A stretch of DNA of 64,000 nucleotides from a virus (lineage: Duplodnaviria > Caudoviricetes), in IMG/VR virus record IMGVR_UViG_3300009376_001085, positions 35,132 through 99,131 of that record; one strand, given 5' to 3'. The notes under the pieces were generated by a model. That model saw nothing but the letters and a program-made list of their open reading frames with translations, was not told the DNA's origin and searched no databases. A program made the position numbers and the translations under genes. Of the stretch, positions 9,123 through 18,854 are shown one piece after another (the stretch's first letter is position 1; each line of letters opens with the position of its first letter).

Positions 9123-10024
9123 CAACATTAAAAGAAATAGACATTGAAGATGAACGATATGTGCAAGTCTTAGATAAAGGATTTGTTGGTCTCATTGATT
9201 ATATGGGCTCCGATGATGCAGTAGTACAAGCCGCTCGTGTATCATATGGTACAGGTACTAAAAAAGTACAAGAAGACCGTGGATTAATACGTTACTTAAT
9301 GCGACATGAACATACCACGCCATTTGAAATGTGCGAAGTAAAGTTTCATATTCGTTTACCTATCTTTGTAATGCGACAACTTATACGTCATAGAACAGCC
9401 CAAGTAAACGAATATAGTGGTCGTTATTCAGTTATGTCAGATGATTTTTATATTCCAGAATTAGATAATATAAAGAAACAAAGTAAAACAAATAAACAAG
9501 GTAGAGACGAAGACTTTTCTGATGAGGATAAAGCCAGAACACAAATATGGATGGAAAATGTTCATAATCGTGCCGACTATGTTTATCATAAATTTATTGA
9601 AGATGACATGGCTCGCGAAACTGCAAGAGCTATTCTGCCTGTGTCTAATTACACAGAGGCATATTGGAAATGCAACATTAAAAACTTCTTGCACATGGCT
9701 TGGTTACGTATGGATGCCCATGCACAATGGGAGATACAGGAGTTTGCTCGAGCTATGTATGGCCTTGTACAACCTTTATTTCCGGCTGTATGCGAAGCAT
9801 TTGAAGACTACAAGTTAAATGCAGTACGATTAAGTAGAATGGAAGCCGAACTTACTAAAGTAATCTTTGGCGATTACATGGAGAACTGGGACGACTATAT
9901 AACTGATTGGTATGAATTGCCTGATATGTCTCCTGAGAGTATAAATACAGCTGAAGGAAAGATATGTAAAGATTTTGGCTTATCTAAACGTGAGCTAGAT
10001 GAATTTAAAAGAAAGTGGTTATGA
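9119..10024 (+). CDS. thyX: FAD-dependent thymidylate synthase
   Basis: AARVSY, HTTPFE and ThyX signature RHRTAQVNEYSGRY, AQWEIQ. Confidence 0.95.
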   Translation: MTTLKEIDIEDERYVQVLDKGFVGLIDYMGSDDAVVQAARVSYGTGTKKVQEDRGLIRYLMRHEHTTPFEMCEVKFHIRLPIFVMRQLIRHRTAQVNEYSGRYSVMSDDFYIPELDNIKKQSKTNKQGRDEDFSDEDKARTQIWMENVHNRADYVYHKFIEDDMARETARAILPVSNYTEAYWKCNIKNFLHMAWLRMDAHAQWEIQEFARAMYGLVQPLFPAVCEAFEDYKLNAVRLSRMEAELTKVIFGDYMENWDDYITDWYELPDMSPESINTAEGKICKDFGLSKRELDEFKRKWL

Positions 10025-10678
10025 ATGATAACATTTATTCTAGGCTTTTTATGGTGTCAAATTATATCTCATTTTGGTGCGTCTATTCTTCTTCACAGAT
10101 ATTATTGCCATAAACAAATAAAAAGAGTTCCTGTATGGTTTGAAGTTGTCGGACTATTTGGTTTAATGATAGCATATATTAGAACGCCGATTGGTTGGAT
10201 AGCTTCTCATAGGATGCATCATGCAGATTCTGATGGTCTTACAGATCCACATTCTCCCGTACAAAAAGGTTTTTGGAAAGTTCTTTTTACAATATGGCAT
10301 GTTCCGACAATTCCGTCTAAATATGCTAGAGATTTATATCAAAATCCAATACTTGTATTTTATCATAAACATTGGTTTAAGATAATTATAGCAGTATGGA
10401 TTATTTCTTTACTAATTAGTATAGAATTTTTTATTGCATTTGCATTAATGCCTTTTATATTTTCTAAGATGGGGTTTGGTTTATTAAATACTGTCGGTCA
10501 TGGTGTATCTGCACCCAATGACCAATCTAATGGTCCTCAAAATAAACCTTGGCTTAATTTCTTTATTGCTGGCGAAGGCTGGCATAAAACCCATCATGAA
10601 AAGCCTTGGCAACTACGATTACACAAATATGACACAAGCGGATTCATTGCGGAAAAGCTCTTTGCTAGAGCGATCTAA
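10025..10678 (+). CDS. membrane fatty acid desaturase (delta-9-like)
   Basis: His boxes HRYYCH, HRMHH, GEGWHKTHH; DPHSP; hydrophobic segments. Confidence 0.85.
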   Translation: MITFILGFLWCQIISHFGASILLHRYYCHKQIKRVPVWFEVVGLFGLMIAYIRTPIGWIASHRMHHADSDGLTDPHSPVQKGFWKVLFTIWHVPTIPSKYARDLYQNPILVFYHKHWFKIIIAVWIISLLISIEFFIAFALMPFIFSKMGFGLLNTVGHGVSAPNDQSNGPQNKPWLNFFIAGEGWHKTHHEKPWQLRLHKYDTSGFIAEKLFARAI

Positions 10679-11435
10679 AGCGGTTAGAACATTTCCATTA
10701 TTTCCTTTACCTGAAATAGAGTTAGATTTAACAGAAGTAAAGCATTATAATTGGAATAGTACAAATATAAAAGAATGGTTAAGTCCAATTATAGACTTAT
10801 CGGGGTTTGGATATGTTTATCCAATAAATGGTATCACAGAAGGATTAAATTATTGGATGTGGCAAGAAGATAGAATATGGATGCACAATGGAGATTATCA
10901 ATGGATAACACCTTCTGTACCACATCAAAATATGGGCATAACATATTTGACAACACCATCATCTATAGATGGAAACTTTAAAGAAGTACCTAATGTATAT
11001 AATTATGTTCTTGATATAGCATATGTAGGATCAACTAAAATTGAAAAAATTAATATACATAACAATGTACAAAAAGTATTTTTCTCATTGTCAAAATGTT
11101 TTGGTTTACGTAATATAAGAACAGGATGGTATTTTAGTAAAACACCTGATAAAAAATTAGAACTACTAATAGGATCTGCAAAATATTATAATTATTATGC
11201 ACAAGCAGTAGCCGAATATTTTATCAATAAATATGATATAGATATTGTGTATAAAACTCTTAGGCCTATACAAGAAGAGGTATGCCAGCAATTAGATTTA
11301 ATACCGTCTGATGTTGTATGGCTAGCAACAACCAATGACCCTGCATTTGAAAAATTTAGAAGAGGAGATGTTTGTCGTGTCTGCATTGCGGAAGAAATAT
11401 CAGCTGCCTACCATAGCAGAATTACCACAAATTAA
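10662..11435 (+). CDS. PLP-dependent aminotransferase-fold enzyme
   Basis: NGITEG, VLDIAY, FFSLSKCFGL..IRTGW (fold type I PLP lysine motif); likely TTG start at 10662 (track gives 10500). Confidence 0.65.
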   Translation: MLERSKAVRTFPLFPLPEIELDLTEVKHYNWNSTNIKEWLSPIIDLSGFGYVYPINGITEGLNYWMWQEDRIWMHNGDYQWITPSVPHQNMGITYLTTPSSIDGNFKEVPNVYNYVLDIAYVGSTKIEKINIHNNVQKVFFSLSKCFGLRNIRTGWYFSKTPDKKLELLIGSAKYYNYYAQAVAEYFINKYDIDIVYKTLRPIQEEVCQQLDLIPSDVVWLATTNDPAFEKFRRGDVCRVCIAEEISAAYHSRITTN

Positions 11436-12009
11436 AATAAATTTATCAAAATTAAAAGCAGAATATCTTAAATTCTGTTGGAAATTTGTAGATGTAAAAA
11501 CTGCAAATCCTCACCTATGTATGAATCATAAAAAACTTGTCAGCGAAGTTTACGATAATTTTGAACAAATAAATCTTACAGAATTAAATGGCAAGCCTAT
11601 GCCATATACTGATAACATAAAAGAAAGAATAAAACGTAGAGAAGAAACATTATACAATAAAAAGACACAAGATTATATTGGTAGTTATTTTGAAAATATA
11701 GTAGAACAATTTATATCGCCGGCTATGCGAATACGAATTACAAAACTTGCACCTAAAAAAGAAATAACATGGCACATAGATTATGATCCAACATATGCCA
11801 CAAGAATTATTATACCAATATATTCTAATAAAAAAGTCAAAAATTTATTTAAAGTTAGAAAAAATATTGAAGAATATGTTTTGGAAGAAGGTAAAGCATA
11901 TTTTCTAAATGGAGGATTTGCCCATTCAGTTAAAAATGATAGCAACGATTCAAGAATAGCATTAATGTTTAGTTTAGACGGGCAAGATGATTTAATAAAT
12001 GTACCATGA
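11335..12009 (+). CDS. aspartyl/asparaginyl beta-hydroxylase-like Fe(II)/2OG oxygenase
   Basis: RIRITKLAP...WHIDYD...IIIPI...AHSVKN...RIALM; true start probably 11368-11377. Confidence 0.7.
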   Translation: MTLHLKNLEEEMFVVSALRKKYQLPTIAELPQIKINLSKLKAEYLKFCWKFVDVKTANPHLCMNHKKLVSEVYDNFEQINLTELNGKPMPYTDNIKERIKRREETLYNKKTQDYIGSYFENIVEQFISPAMRIRITKLAPKKEITWHIDYDPTYATRIIIPIYSNKKVKNLFKVRKNIEEYVLEEGKAYFLNGGFAHSVKNDSNDSRIALMFSLDGQDDLINVP

Positions 12010-12791
12010 TACCTTACATTTTTGATAATCTACAAGATAAAAATTTAATTAAAAATTTGCAAGAAACAGGTGTTGCAGTTTCGTATGAGCAAGAATTATC
12101 TGATAGTGCATTGGTTTCTTTTTGCAAAAATATTGGTAATTGCGAAACACCCGAAGCATTTATGAATTTAACCGAACACCCTGAAATATTTAAAGTAACA
12201 GGAAAACGCAACAACGACGGATCTAAAATAGGAATGTTTGGCGATACTGAATTAGGATGGCATAGTAATGGTAATAGTAGACGCAACATAGACAAAATTT
12301 GTGTCGCATTATATTGTAAAATAAGCGACGAAAATACTACTACTAGTTTTTGTAACACAAGCGATCCGTTTTACGATTTATCAGACGAATTACAAGAGTA
12401 TTATAAAAGTATAAAAATAAGATTGGCGTTTGTAAATAATACCATTTACCAATTAGATGAGGACGATCCTGAGTATCAATTAATGAGCAGATATCCTGGG
12501 AGCATAAGACCTTTAGTTGATATACACCCTCATACTGGTAAGTATTATTTTTATTTTCCTTATCATTTTATAATAAAAGCATGGCATAATAGTAAAAAAA
12601 TAAATCATAAAAAAATGATAGAAGATTTAAAACCTATCATTTTTAAATCCAAATATCAATATCATCATATTTTTAAACAAGGCGATTTAGTATTAAGCGA
12701 TCAACTTTGTACACTACACCGACGAACGCCAGTGCATGATGTGAATAGATTACTATACAGATTAGCACATGATTATGATAGATGTACCTAA
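12006..12791 (+). CDS. TauD/TfdA-family dioxygenase
   Basis: GWHSNG, TSFCN, RPLV..HP.TG, GDLVLSDQLCTLHRR...RLLYR. Confidence 0.75.
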   Translation: MIPYIFDNLQDKNLIKNLQETGVAVSYEQELSDSALVSFCKNIGNCETPEAFMNLTEHPEIFKVTGKRNNDGSKIGMFGDTELGWHSNGNSRRNIDKICVALYCKISDENTTTSFCNTSDPFYDLSDELQEYYKSIKIRLAFVNNTIYQLDEDDPEYQLMSRYPGSIRPLVDIHPHTGKYYFYFPYHFIIKAWHNSKKINHKKMIEDLKPIIFKSKYQYHHIFKQGDLVLSDQLCTLHRRTPVHDVNRLLYRLAHDYDRCT

Positions 12792-13410
12792 ACCATCTTA
12801 TAAAAATTTTCCTATTCATAATAAAAAATTAGAAGTTCCGTTGTGTACAGAGTATACAATGGAAGACATGGCCTATCTAGATACTCCTCAGGCTAAACCT
12901 ATTTTTGAAAAACAAGCAGACATAATTATAGAAAAACAATCAAAAGGTATTGTAGATGTAGGTTGCCGGCATGGACCTGTAAACAGTATATTACATGAAA
13001 AAGGATACACAGATTATTTGTATATGGGATTTGATACGTCAGTAGAGCCTATAGAAATGGCAAAAAGCCAATGGTATAATTTTTCTAATATCGAATATAG
13101 ACATGCAAATTGGAATAACATAAAAGACATAACTGTAAATTTTAATGTAGACCAAGTTATATGGAGTGGTGTTCTTTTATATAATCCTGATAGTCATAAA
13201 GAATTATTTGATAAATTAACTGTAGAACTATATAATAGTAACAATGCAATTATACAAGAACCTTGTCATAATCAAATACATTGGGATGATAATTTAATAT
13301 TAAAAACTATAGATTTATCATCATATAAAATGTATAGTAAATATAAAGAATATATTATAAAATGCAACATATTTGCTGGCAATAGAATAATAATAGATGT
13401 AGAAATATGA
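12769..13410 (+). CDS. class I SAM-dependent methyltransferase
   Basis: IVDVGCRHG motif I, YMGFDTS motif II. Confidence 0.7.
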   Translation: MIMIDVPKPSYKNFPIHNKKLEVPLCTEYTMEDMAYLDTPQAKPIFEKQADIIIEKQSKGIVDVGCRHGPVNSILHEKGYTDYLYMGFDTSVEPIEMAKSQWYNFSNIEYRHANWNNIKDITVNFNVDQVIWSGVLLYNPDSHKELFDKLTVELYNSNNAIIQEPCHNQIHWDDNLILKTIDLSSYKMYSKYKEYIIKCNIFAGNRIIIDVEI

Positions 13411-13985
13411 ATAAAAAATTAAAAGATTATATTCAATTAACACAATTTATATCTCATACGGAAGCCGATGAAGTTGTTACTACATTAAATGAAGAAACTA
13501 TATGGAAACCTTATCCGTATGAAAAAGAAAGTTATAATATATGTGTTCAAGAATATCCTAAAATACCATACTTGACAACATCATTAAATTTAGACCATAC
13601 AGTTAGTAAATTTCTTGGGTCTAAAATTGACGTAATAATTAATAATTATATTAATAGTTTTTTACATGATGTTTTTTGGTTTAAAAAATGGAGTGATAAA
13701 TCTCATTTTCATTATATAAAATATCCAAAAAATACAGGAATGGAAACACATTGTGATCATGTTCGGCATACGTTTGATGGTAATCGACGGGGAATTCCTA
13801 TTCTTTCTATTGTAGGTACATTTAATGACGAGTACGAAGGTGGTGAATTATTATTTTTACCAGATACAAAAATTAGATTAAATAAAGGAGAAGTTATTAT
13901 TTTCCCTTCGAATTTTTTATACCCTCATAAAGTATTACAAATAACAAAAGGTATTAGATATTCATTTATAGTGTGGGTTTGGTAA
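13407..13985 (+). CDS. 2OG-Fe(II) oxygenase (prolyl-4-hydroxylase-like)
   Basis: HCD...YEGGEL...FPSNFLYPHKV..ITKGIRYS. Confidence 0.85.
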   Translation: MNKKLKDYIQLTQFISHTEADEVVTTLNEETIWKPYPYEKESYNICVQEYPKIPYLTTSLNLDHTVSKFLGSKIDVIINNYINSFLHDVFWFKKWSDKSHFHYIKYPKNTGMETHCDHVRHTFDGNRRGIPILSIVGTFNDEYEGGELLFLPDTKIRLNKGEVIIFPSNFLYPHKVLQITKGIRYSFIVWVW

Positions 13986-13999
13986 AAATAAATAGTTGT

Positions 14000-14767
14000 A
14001 TGAAATATAAAATTGTAAAAACAAAATTAATATATAAAAATAATATTCCTATTAGGAATTATCAAAATTTAGATCCGCCCGGAGACAGAGATACATATGA
14101 TAAATTACAAATTAATGACAAATATTTAGGTTATAAACAAATTATTTATACTCCTATAGATATGCCATTAATTAATGTAGATTTAAAACATATCGAATCA
14201 TTAAGAAATGACCCTAAAATGGAATGGTCTACATTTGGTTGCGATCACGGTTCGGGGAAAGTATTACTCCTCATGGAAAATAATTTTTTGCATCCTTATG
14301 CAAATTCTAATTGGTTTGATTGGGTAGACACGGAAATACCGCATATAAAAAAATTTATCCAACAATTACCATTTAAAACTATTCGACAATGTTCTTTTGT
14401 TTCTCCTCCAGGTAAATCTAATCCTCATTATGACGAACCTTCAAATATGGTCGAGATACTCCGTAAACAATCTCCATCTCAATATAGAATACGATGGAGC
14501 AATATTACTGATCCAAAAAATGAAGTGTTTTATTTGACAAAAGATAGTGGCGAAACTAAAATTTATCCTGAATTGCCAACCGATACTAATACTTTTGTAT
14601 ATGATGGTAGTGTATATGAGCATGGTGCTGATAAAGGATTTCAAATGAGAAATAGATCCCAACTTGTTATTTCAGGATGCTTAGATATTAAAAAGCATCA
14701 TGTTTTACTAGATAAAAGCATTGAAAAATATAAAGAATATTATTTAATAAATAAATATTTTGAATAA
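14000..14767 (+). CDS. putative cupin/Fe(II) oxygenase
   Basis: PHYDE...YEHG...R; likely ATG at 14000 (track gives 13973). Confidence 0.5.
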   Translation: MKYKIVKTKLIYKNNIPIRNYQNLDPPGDRDTYDKLQINDKYLGYKQIIYTPIDMPLINVDLKHIESLRNDPKMEWSTFGCDHGSGKVLLLMENNFLHPYANSNWFDWVDTEIPHIKKFIQQLPFKTIRQCSFVSPPGKSNPHYDEPSNMVEILRKQSPSQYRIRWSNITDPKNEVFYLTKDSGETKIYPELPTDTNTFVYDGSVYEHGADKGFQMRNRSQLVISGCLDIKKHHVLLDKSIEKYKEYYLINKYFE

Positions 14768-14805
14768 ATTGCTTAAATACGTATATAATATATTTAGGAA
14801 AACAA

Positions 14806-15474
14806 ATGTCAACAGAAAACCCAATAGCAAATGAATACATAATTGAACTTCCGCAATTAATTGATTTATTGCCAACAAAAAATGAATTATTAACAATAAG
14901 TGAAACAAAAATAACGAGTAAAAATATTATTCCGGAATATCAGACAGGAGTGATTGCAAAGGATACAAGTGAAAATAAAGACCATGTTGGGTGGGATGCA
15001 ACGACATGGTATTCTATAAATGATAATTCTAAAATCAATGATACTATTTCTAAATTTACTACCACTAATCGTGTAACAAATGTAGATACGAACTCGTGGT
15101 TATGTACAAAAAAAGATGGCTTCTGGATTCGACCACACGTACATGTTCGGCCCGATGATAAAATTGCCGTTTTAATATATTCAATTTCTCAAGAAAGTTT
15201 TGATATAACTTATACAGATCAATGGATCGGTTCTTCGCTTGGAGATCCGATAGATTCGGATCTCTGGGAAAGCGATCCTTCCGATGATTCCGGACCATAT
15301 AATGAGATTTTTTCAAATAGTTGCTCTTGCCCTGTATTGATTAATGGCCAAATTCCGCATTGTTTTAAAGAAACTAGTGCAAGAACAACTTTATTCATAT
15401 CTATGCATTTTGAAAATACAAACTGGGATTGGTTATTAGAAAAACATACAGCCGGCAACTTACTAACTATATGA
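14806..15474 (+). CDS. putative cupin/Fe(II) oxygenase, paralog of the next gene
   Basis: RPHVH...IPHCF...R; AGGA RBS. Confidence 0.5.
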   Translation: MSTENPIANEYIIELPQLIDLLPTKNELLTISETKITSKNIIPEYQTGVIAKDTSENKDHVGWDATTWYSINDNSKINDTISKFTTTNRVTNVDTNSWLCTKKDGFWIRPHVHVRPDDKIAVLIYSISQESFDITYTDQWIGSSLGDPIDSDLWESDPSDDSGPYNEIFSNSCSCPVLINGQIPHCFKETSARTTLFISMHFENTNWDWLLEKHTAGNLLTI

Positions 15475-16094
15475 TAAATGATTATGTTATAGAATTTCCT
15501 AAATTTAATAATTTATTTGATGAGGACCAATTATTAAACTCGTGCCGATTAAATAAAACATTTGCCGAATGGAAAAAAGATCTATCTAGCAACGAAATTG
15601 ACATAGCATCAAACATGGAGCACTTTCTTTCAGAAGACCCAGATGCTCATGCGGTTAAAAATTATGGAGTAACTTCATATGAAGTACCCGAAACACAACC
15701 AGAAGTAAAACATATATTTGAGGCCATTAATCAAGAATTAATGTGGAAAAAACCTATCGGATGGCTTAATTGCAATAATGGCGATCAATGGACTAAACCA
15801 CATATAGATGCAGTTCGTAATGCAGTATTTCAATTTCCAATTTATCCTAAGAATTATACATTAGTTTATTTGGATAAAAATAATTGGAATAGGAATTCTT
15901 ATCCCCAACCTAATCACATATGGGAACACAAAGTTTCTTGTCCGTTAATTGAAAATGTTTCCATTCCTCATTGTGTATACGATAAAGGTATTAAAAGAAT
16001 TCATTTTCAAATATCTTTATATTTTAAAGATTATAGTTGGGAGAAAATAAAAGAATATGTAAAAAATGGAGAACTTTTTAGTAAAAAAATATAG
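15471..16094 (+). CDS. putative cupin/Fe(II) oxygenase, paralog of the previous gene
   Basis: KPHID...IPHCV...RIHFQI; ATGA overlap start at 15471. Confidence 0.5.
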   Translation: MINDYVIEFPKFNNLFDEDQLLNSCRLNKTFAEWKKDLSSNEIDIASNMEHFLSEDPDAHAVKNYGVTSYEVPETQPEVKHIFEAINQELMWKKPIGWLNCNNGDQWTKPHIDAVRNAVFQFPIYPKNYTLVYLDKNNWNRNSYPQPNHIWEHKVSCPLIENVSIPHCVYDKGIKRIHFQISLYFKDYSWEKIKEYVKNGELFSKKI

Positions 16095-16659
16095 CGATAA
16101 TCCTGAACAATATCGTTCTATTATAGAAATATTTAGAAAAAAAACATTTCAAGAAGGCAACGAAAGTCTAAGTTACAAAAAATATAATCCTGATAATCCT
16201 GATATAGAGACATGGATGGTGTTTAATGAAACCCAAGATCTTATATCTATATCTGCAGGCGAAAAATCTCATTACACAAATGATCCAGACATTGCTTTAA
16301 GAATTTGCAGATACCATATATTAAAACCATTTCGCAGAACACATTGTGGTTTAATGATGGCTGAATATCAAATACAATGGGCTAGAGAACATAATTATCA
16401 AATTTTATATGTTACTCATGATATTAAAAATAGAGCGTTGAATGATTTATATCAACGAAAACGTAAAATGCCATTACCATCATTTAAAAAATGGACAGAA
16501 GGTGAGTGGTATAAAAAATTACAACTAGAAAAAAATTTTTTATTTAAAACAGGAAATATGTTACAATATGTTTATACTATTAGATTGTTTGATCCTAACT
16601 TTATATGGAATCCAAAATCAGATTACATAGTAGAAAAAAAACATAACGGAGATATTTAA
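16066..16659 (+). CDS. GNAT-like acetyltransferase
   Basis: RYHILKPFRRTHCGLMM...WARE...ILYV resembles GNAT motif A/B. Confidence 0.45.
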   Translation: MENFLVKKYSDNPEQYRSIIEIFRKKTFQEGNESLSYKKYNPDNPDIETWMVFNETQDLISISAGEKSHYTNDPDIALRICRYHILKPFRRTHCGLMMAEYQIQWAREHNYQILYVTHDIKNRALNDLYQRKRKMPLPSFKKWTEGEWYKKLQLEKNFLFKTGNMLQYVYTIRLFDPNFIWNPKSDYIVEKKHNGDI

Positions 16660-17582
16660 TTAATTGTTTCTTTTCTCATTTGCATGTCTGTAAGACAAAT
16701 ACAAGCATGTTTGTTACATATAATAGGATCATTAGGAAGATTAATTATTCGTTTTTTAATATTTCCTAATACCCACTCGCTATCCAGACCGCAAGCAGAT
16801 CGTGTTATGGAATTATCTTCTCTAATACGGCACCCGTCTATTCCTGCATAACATTTCCAACCAAAAAAATTATCTTTTCCGGTTAATTTAGCTTCTGCTG
16901 GATCATAATACTCATTATTTAAGTATAACAAATTAGTAATTAAAGACCAATCTACATTTGTTTTCTTATTAAATAGCTTATTCCATTTTTTATGAGATAG
17001 AAATTGTTTTTGTTCATCAGTATAAGGTACATAGGCACCACCCTTATCTTCAACTAAAACTCTCATCACATACGAATTTGGATAATTTTTTAATTTGTCG
17101 TGTATGTAATAACAATTATCTAAAGACTGTTCCCAATGTGTTGGGTCTAATAAAACAGATATTACAATGGGTTTATGTTGATCGAAGATTTTACATATAT
17201 TCACTATATGATCAGATTTAGCGAATTTTGTATGCACAGAAAGTATTAAGCCTGACAAATATTTTTGATTTTCTTTCCACCAACGTAAAGTTCTAGAACC
17301 ATTTGTTATAAAATGAGTATAAACATTTCTATTATATAATTCTTTCAATAAATTGGATATTTTGGGATTTAATGTAGGTTCTCCGCCAGTAAACCTAGCA
17401 GTAAGTTGCTTATATGGATACTTTTTTTTAATTTCATCAATACACCATAAAATATCATTATTATCTAATCTAGTATTTCCTGCCCATACTAACGGTGAAC
17501 AATAAGAACACCGATAATTACAAATTGTGTTTAATACTATGTCAGTTATAAAAATATTATTATTTTCAAGAGTTAATTTCAT
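16656..17582 (-). CDS. radical SAM protein with C-terminal Cys cluster
   Basis: CNYRCSYC, FTGGEPT, TNGSR, C-terminal CYAG...C...C...CIC; likely start MKLTLE at 17582. Confidence 0.85.
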   Translation of the reverse strand: MKLTLENNNIFITDIVLNTICNYRCSYCSPLVWAGNTRLDNNDILWCIDEIKKKYPYKQLTARFTGGEPTLNPKISNLLKELYNRNVYTHFITNGSRTLRWWKENQKYLSGLILSVHTKFAKSDHIVNICKIFDQHKPIVISVLLDPTHWEQSLDNCYYIHDKLKNYPNSYVMRVLVEDKGGAYVPYTDEQKQFLSHKKWNKLFNKKTNVDWSLITNLLYLNNEYYDPAEAKLTGKDNFFGWKCYAGIDGCRIREDNSITRSACGLDSEWVLGNIKKRIINLPNDPIICNKHACICLTDMQMRKETIN

Positions 17583-18225
17583 CTGAAAAACCCCATATTC
17601 GTTCCTGACACCACCAACATATACCACAATGTCCTAATCCCGGATCTTTATTACTTTGTTTTTCCCATTCACATGATCTAGTATGTACAAATAATTTATC
17701 TATTAAATTATACTCTCTATATATTTGAGCTATTTTCTTTTTATCTATATTACACCATGGCGTATAAATTGTATTATCATATAATAGAACTTTGCGTTCG
17801 ACTGTAGGATCTCTGTTTACTTCTGAAGTTTTTTCTATAAATGTATCAGTTATATATTTTGGCGGATTTGCAGTAATGCCTGTATATATAACATTTACTA
17901 ATTTATTTTTTATATAATAATTTGTTTTATCAAATATATTACTTAATGTTTGGTGATCACAAAATGTACTATGATGTTCTATATTTATATTTCCTGTTAA
18001 CTCAATACATTTTTGAATAACATTATTAGTAATTGTTATATTTTTAAATTGTCTTGCTTTATTTCCTGACGAAAAAATATAAATCTTGTTTTTAGAATAT
18101 TTCATTAAAAAATATAAAAGCAAAGAACTATCTGCCCCGCCGCTACAACTTATACCGATAGGGCCTTCATATATTTTTAAATTGACCCCAGATAAATCTA
18201 ATTCTTTAAGTTCGACTAAATTCAT
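17566..18225 (-). CDS. QueC-like PP-loop ATPase
   Basis: SGGADS PP-loop and TRSC...HCGICWWCQER zinc motif. Confidence 0.7.
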   Translation of the reverse strand: MNLVELKELDLSGVNLKIYEGPIGISCSGGADSSLLLYFLMKYSKNKIYIFSSGNKARQFKNITITNNVIQKCIELTGNINIEHHSTFCDHQTLSNIFDKTNYYIKNKLVNVIYTGITANPPKYITDTFIEKTSEVNRDPTVERKVLLYDNTIYTPWCNIDKKKIAQIYREYNLIDKLFVHTRSCEWEKQSNKDPGLGHCGICWWCQERIWGFSDEINS

Positions 18226-18854
18226 GGCTCTAATAGATTTGTTACTGTTGATACAGATTCTTCGGTTAATTTAACATTCATTATTAATACAATATGATCT
18301 TGGTCGTCATTGGCATTAAATACGGTATGTCGTTTGCAAGTATTTAAAAAATATAAATGACCGTAATTCCAAACAAGTATTTTATTTTGTTCATATATAA
18401 AAAATCCCCCATCTAACGGGTTACATACCTGTAAAGGAACAAGTAGTCTAAAACTATCTATTGTAGATCCAATATTATCAATATGAGTAGGAAAAAATCC
18501 CCCAGGAGACAACTTTAATATATGTGATCTAACCAACCATTCTTTAAAAGGATCACAATAAAACTTTACTACATCATAAACAGGTGTCGGTATAATGAAA
18601 TCAGATTCAGATATATTTGTATTATTTTCTTTATTATATTCATACAAACTATCTAAGTCAGGACCAGGGCCTAAAATACCATCTAAATTAGTTATACTTA
18701 ATCCCCAACGATTTATATTTTTTCTAGGATTATATTTCGCCCAATTATTATTAAATTGTTTTAAATTATTTAATATTAAATCAGGGTGGGTATTTATAGT
18801 TAATTCAATTTGATCTCCATAGGCAGTTATGGTGTTAAATAATTCAAAACTCAT
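18222..18854 (-). CDS. aspartyl/asparaginyl beta-hydroxylase-like oxygenase
   Basis: RSHILKLSPGGFFPTHID...LYFLNT..RHTVFN. Confidence 0.7.
   Translation of the reverse strand: MSFELFNTITAYGDQIELTINTHPDLILNNLKQFNNNWAKYNPRKNINRWGLSITNLDGILGPGPDLDSLYEYNKENNTNISESDFIIPTPVYDVVKFYCDPFKEWLVRSHILKLSPGGFFPTHIDNIGSTIDSFRLLVPLQVCNPLDGGFFIYEQNKILVWNYGHLYFLNTCKRHTVFNANDDQDHIVLIMNVKLTEESVSTVTNLLEP

Noticed and set aside
6926-13994. ATAAATA motifs at 6926-6932 and 13988-13994 as T4-like late promoters
   Set aside because: Plausibly placed before starts, but too short to distinguish from chance in such AT-rich DNA without genome-wide statistics
15242-15264. Perfect 9-bp inverted repeat GAGATCCGA-TAGAT-TCGGATCTC
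   Set aside because: Inside a coding region, single occurrence, no T-tract; no evidence of function
16656-18225. 7-deazaguanine DNA modification cluster (queC plus queE)
   Set aside because: No folE, queD or dpdA-like gene in the window, and the adjacent rSAM has a Cys-rich tail unlike QueE; only QueC-like is claimed
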